A DNA stretch of 64,000 nt. It comes from Thermoanaerobaculia bacterium. Its GTDB lineage: Bacteria; Acidobacteriota; Thermoanaerobaculia; UBA5066. Below the pieces are notes generated by a model. The model did no database searches. It worked only from the letters and a program-made list of their open reading frames with translations, and was not told the origin of the DNA. Location of the stretch: the NCBI GenBank assembly GCA_963816185.1, contig CAWFJJ010000028.1:512001-576000 (forward strand), written 5' to 3'. The position numbers and the translations under genes are program-made. Numbering within the stretch: position 1 is the first letter of the stretch; every line of letters starts with the position of its first letter. Positions 61,767 to 64,000 of the stretch are shown piece after piece.

Positions 61767-63314
61767 CTAGGCGGAACGACTGTCCTGCATCCGCCTGCTC
61801 TCGTTCAGGCGCGGGTCCTCCGTCGCGTGGCGCAGCGAAAGCAGCCAGCCGATCCCGAACGCGATCGTCGAGCCGAGAAGCGAGTACCACGGCCACGCGA
61901 TCTTCTTTCCGAGCTCGAACGACACCCAGCCCTTCGAACCCAGCCACAGGACGAACATGAAGACGGCCGACGTCGCAATGCCGATCATCGCGTCCGTCTG
62001 AGTCGCTTTCCGCGCCCAGAGCGCGAGGAGAAACGCGCCGAGAAGGCCGCCCGCCGTCACGCTCGCCAGGCCCAGGGCGACCTGCACGGCAGGGACGTCC
62101 TGCGGCATGCGCGAAAAGCCCACGGCCAGCCCGGCGAGGACGATCGTCCAGAAAACCGTCAGAATCTTCCCGAGGACGAGGCCGCGGCGTCCCTCGACGT
62201 GCTTGTTCCCGAGCAGGGGCGCCACGATGTCGAGCGAGAGCGCCGAAGCGAGCGAGTTCAGAGCGGACGACTCCGAGCACATCGCCGCCGAGAAGATGCC
62301 CGCGACGAGGTATGCCGAGACGAACGGCGGCAGGCTCTTCACGATGAACGTCGGAAGGATCGCATCGCTGGACGGGAATCCTCCCGCCCCCACGACGCGG
62401 CCTCCGTAGAACGCGAAGAGACCGACGCCGAGCGCGAGAAACAGCGTGAACTGCAGAATGACGAGGACACCCGAACCGATGAGGGCTTTCCGGGCATCGC
62501 GCAGCCCGCGGCACGCGAGGAGGCGCTGGACGATGAGCTGGTCGGCGCCGTGCGAAGCCATGGCGAGGACTGCGCCACCGATGACTCCGGCAAACAGCGT
62601 GTAAGGTTCTGCAAAGTTCCTGGAAAGGTTGATGAGATGAACCGGCCTCCCCTGCTCCGCGCACCTTCTAAGAATCTCTTGAAATCCTCCGAATCCCCCG
62701 CCAAAGGCGCCTAGAAGGACCCAGAGTGCCATCAGCGCCCCCGAGATGTAGACGACGACCTGGATCAGGTCGATCCAGATGACGGCCTTGATGCCCCCCA
62801 GGAACGTGTAGAGAGCCGTGGCCGCCGCGAGCATCAGAATCGCGATCCACACGGGAACGCCGAGGATGAGCGCGATCGGGATCGCGGGTACCGCCAGGCG
62901 GACGCTCGCGGCCATGACGCGCGTGACCATGAAGATGAGCGACGTGAAGCGCCGCGCGCCGACGCCGAAGCGCCGTTCCAAAAGCGCGTACGCGGTCGTG
63001 ATCTCGCCCTGGAAGTAGCCGGGGAGGAGCAGGGCTGCGACCGCGATGCGCCCGAGGAGATAGCCGAACGCGAGCTGCAGGAACGTGAAGCCCGTGCGGT
63101 AGGCGTCGCCGGGAATGGAAAGGAACGTGAGCGCCGAGGTCTCCGTCGCGATGATCGACGCCATCACGGCCCACCACGGCATCGCGTGGGAGCCCAGGAA
63201 GTAGTCCTTCGCGTCCTTCTGGCCCCGCCCGAGCACCGCGCCGAGAAGGTTGATGCCTGCGAGATAGACGGCGATCGCGATCAGCGTCGGCAGCCCGAGG
63301 GAGACGCCTTCCAT
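61767..63314 (-). CDS. Sodium:solute symporter (SSS) family transporter
   Basis: DYFLG..MPWWAV, ATETSALTF, GGIKAVIWID, DQLIVQR; about 13 TM helices. Confidence 0.92.
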   Translation of the reverse strand: MEGVSLGLPTLIAIAVYLAGINLLGAVLGRGQKDAKDYFLGSHAMPWWAVMASIIATETSALTFLSIPGDAYRTGFTFLQLAFGYLLGRIAVAALLLPGYFQGEITTAYALLERRFGVGARRFTSLIFMVTRVMAASVRLAVPAIPIALILGVPVWIAILMLAAATALYTFLGGIKAVIWIDLIQVVVYISGALMALWVLLGAFGGGFGGFQEILRRCAEQGRPVHLINLSRNFAEPYTLFAGVIGGAVLAMASHGADQLIVQRLLACRGLRDARKALIGSGVLVILQFTLFLALGVGLFAFYGGRVVGAGGFPSSDAILPTFIVKSLPPFVSAYLVAGIFSAAMCSESSALNSLASALSLDIVAPLLGNKHVEGRRGLVLGKILTVFWTIVLAGLAVGFSRMPQDVPAVQVALGLASVTAGGLLGAFLLALWARKATQTDAMIGIATSAVFMFVLWLGSKGWVSFELGKKIAWPWYSLLGSTIAFGIGWLLSLRHATEDPRLNESRRMQDSRSA

Positions 63315-63359
63315 GCGACGCGATGATCACACAGCGCCCGCTTCGCTTAAGCTCGCGGC

Positions 63360-64000
63360 ATGGGCGCGGCCGTCGAACGCAACAGGCTCCTTCAGGAGCT
63401 CGCCGCGTTCTGCGAGGCCCACCCCGTCGACGAGAAGATCCTCCTCGTTCCGACGTTTGCGGTCGGCACGCAGATCCTCGACGCGCTCGCGCGCTCGGGC
63501 TGCGCGCACCTGAACCTGAGGCCGGCGACGCCGTTCTCACTCGCGCTTGAGCTGGCGGGGTCGCTCCTCGCGGCCGACGGGCGCCGCCTGCTCTCGCGGG
63601 CGCAGCTCCTGGCCGTCGTGGAGTCCGCCTGCGACGAGGTCCTGAAGGCCGACTCCTACTTCGGGAGACTCCGAGAGCGCGTCGGGCTCCATCGAGCTCT
63701 TCACCGCACGCTGGACGAGCTCAGACGGGCCGGCGTCGCGCCCGGGGCGCTTCCACCCGAGGCGTTCGAGGACGCGCGCAAGGCGAAGGAGCTCGCCGCC
63801 CTCGCGCGCGCCTTCGACGCGGAGCTCGAGAAGATCGGGGCGGCCGACGCCGCCGAAGTCTTCGGCCGCGCGACCCGCGCGTGCGCCGGGTCCGGGCCAC
63901 GCGTCCCGTCGTCCGCCCACGTTCTCCGTCCCGCCGGCCTCGAGCTCGCGCCGCTCGAGGAGCTCTTCCTGGCCAAATGCGCCCCTGTGACCGTGCCGCT
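63360..64000 (+). CDS. Probable AddB/RexB-like helicase-nuclease subunit, N-terminus (3' partial)
   Basis: My translation, open to the window end: MGAAVERNRLLQELAAFCEAHPVDEKILLVPTFAVG...LHRTLDELRRAGV. It resembles N-termini of PD-(D/E)XK AddB-type proteins; the nuclease domain is not visible in the window. Confidence 0.55.
   Translation, partial: MGAAVERNRLLQELAAFCEAHPVDEKILLVPTFAVGTQILDALARSGCAHLNLRPATPFSLALELAGSLLAADGRRLLSRAQLLAVVESACDEVLKADSYFGRLRERVGLHRALHRTLDELRRAGVAPGALPPEAFEDARKAKELAALARAFDAELEKIGAADAAEVFGRATRACAGSGPRVPSSAHVLRPAGLELAPLEELFLAKCAPVTVP

Overview
High-GC (about 68% by eye) bacterial chromosomal window, mostly housekeeping, with no rRNA, tRNA, CRISPR array, prophage or recognisable transposase. 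Gene content and style suggest Acidobacteriota, probably Thermoanaerobaculia (inference). It carries guaA, xerD, hppD-hmgA, an M16 peptidase pair, a thiolase/hbd/crotonase cluster, prfB with its programmed +1 frameshift, lnt-lipA, nfeD-slipin, hom, AlaX, cydAB, amrSB, a full suf operon, two membrane Ser/Thr kinases and several secreted proteins. Four signals stand out. (1) A dispersed AT-rich palindromic family (core TTCTTAGAA/TTCTAAGAA with AG/CT-rich flanks) sits at operon-internal gene junctions, often as inverted pairs, and is also absorbed in-frame into proteins. (2) A compact candidate sphingolipid locus: SPT, a bCerS-like GNAT, an SDR and an Aur1/PAP2-like enzyme. (3) A secreted Asp-box propeller protein with 20 in-register N-x-x-x-x pentapeptides (17 of them NPDIT). 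(4) A recurring TANNNT-N6/7-start layout indicating leaderless mRNAs. Four isolated frameshifts are most likely assembly indels. All product calls come from motif recognition; no database searches were run.
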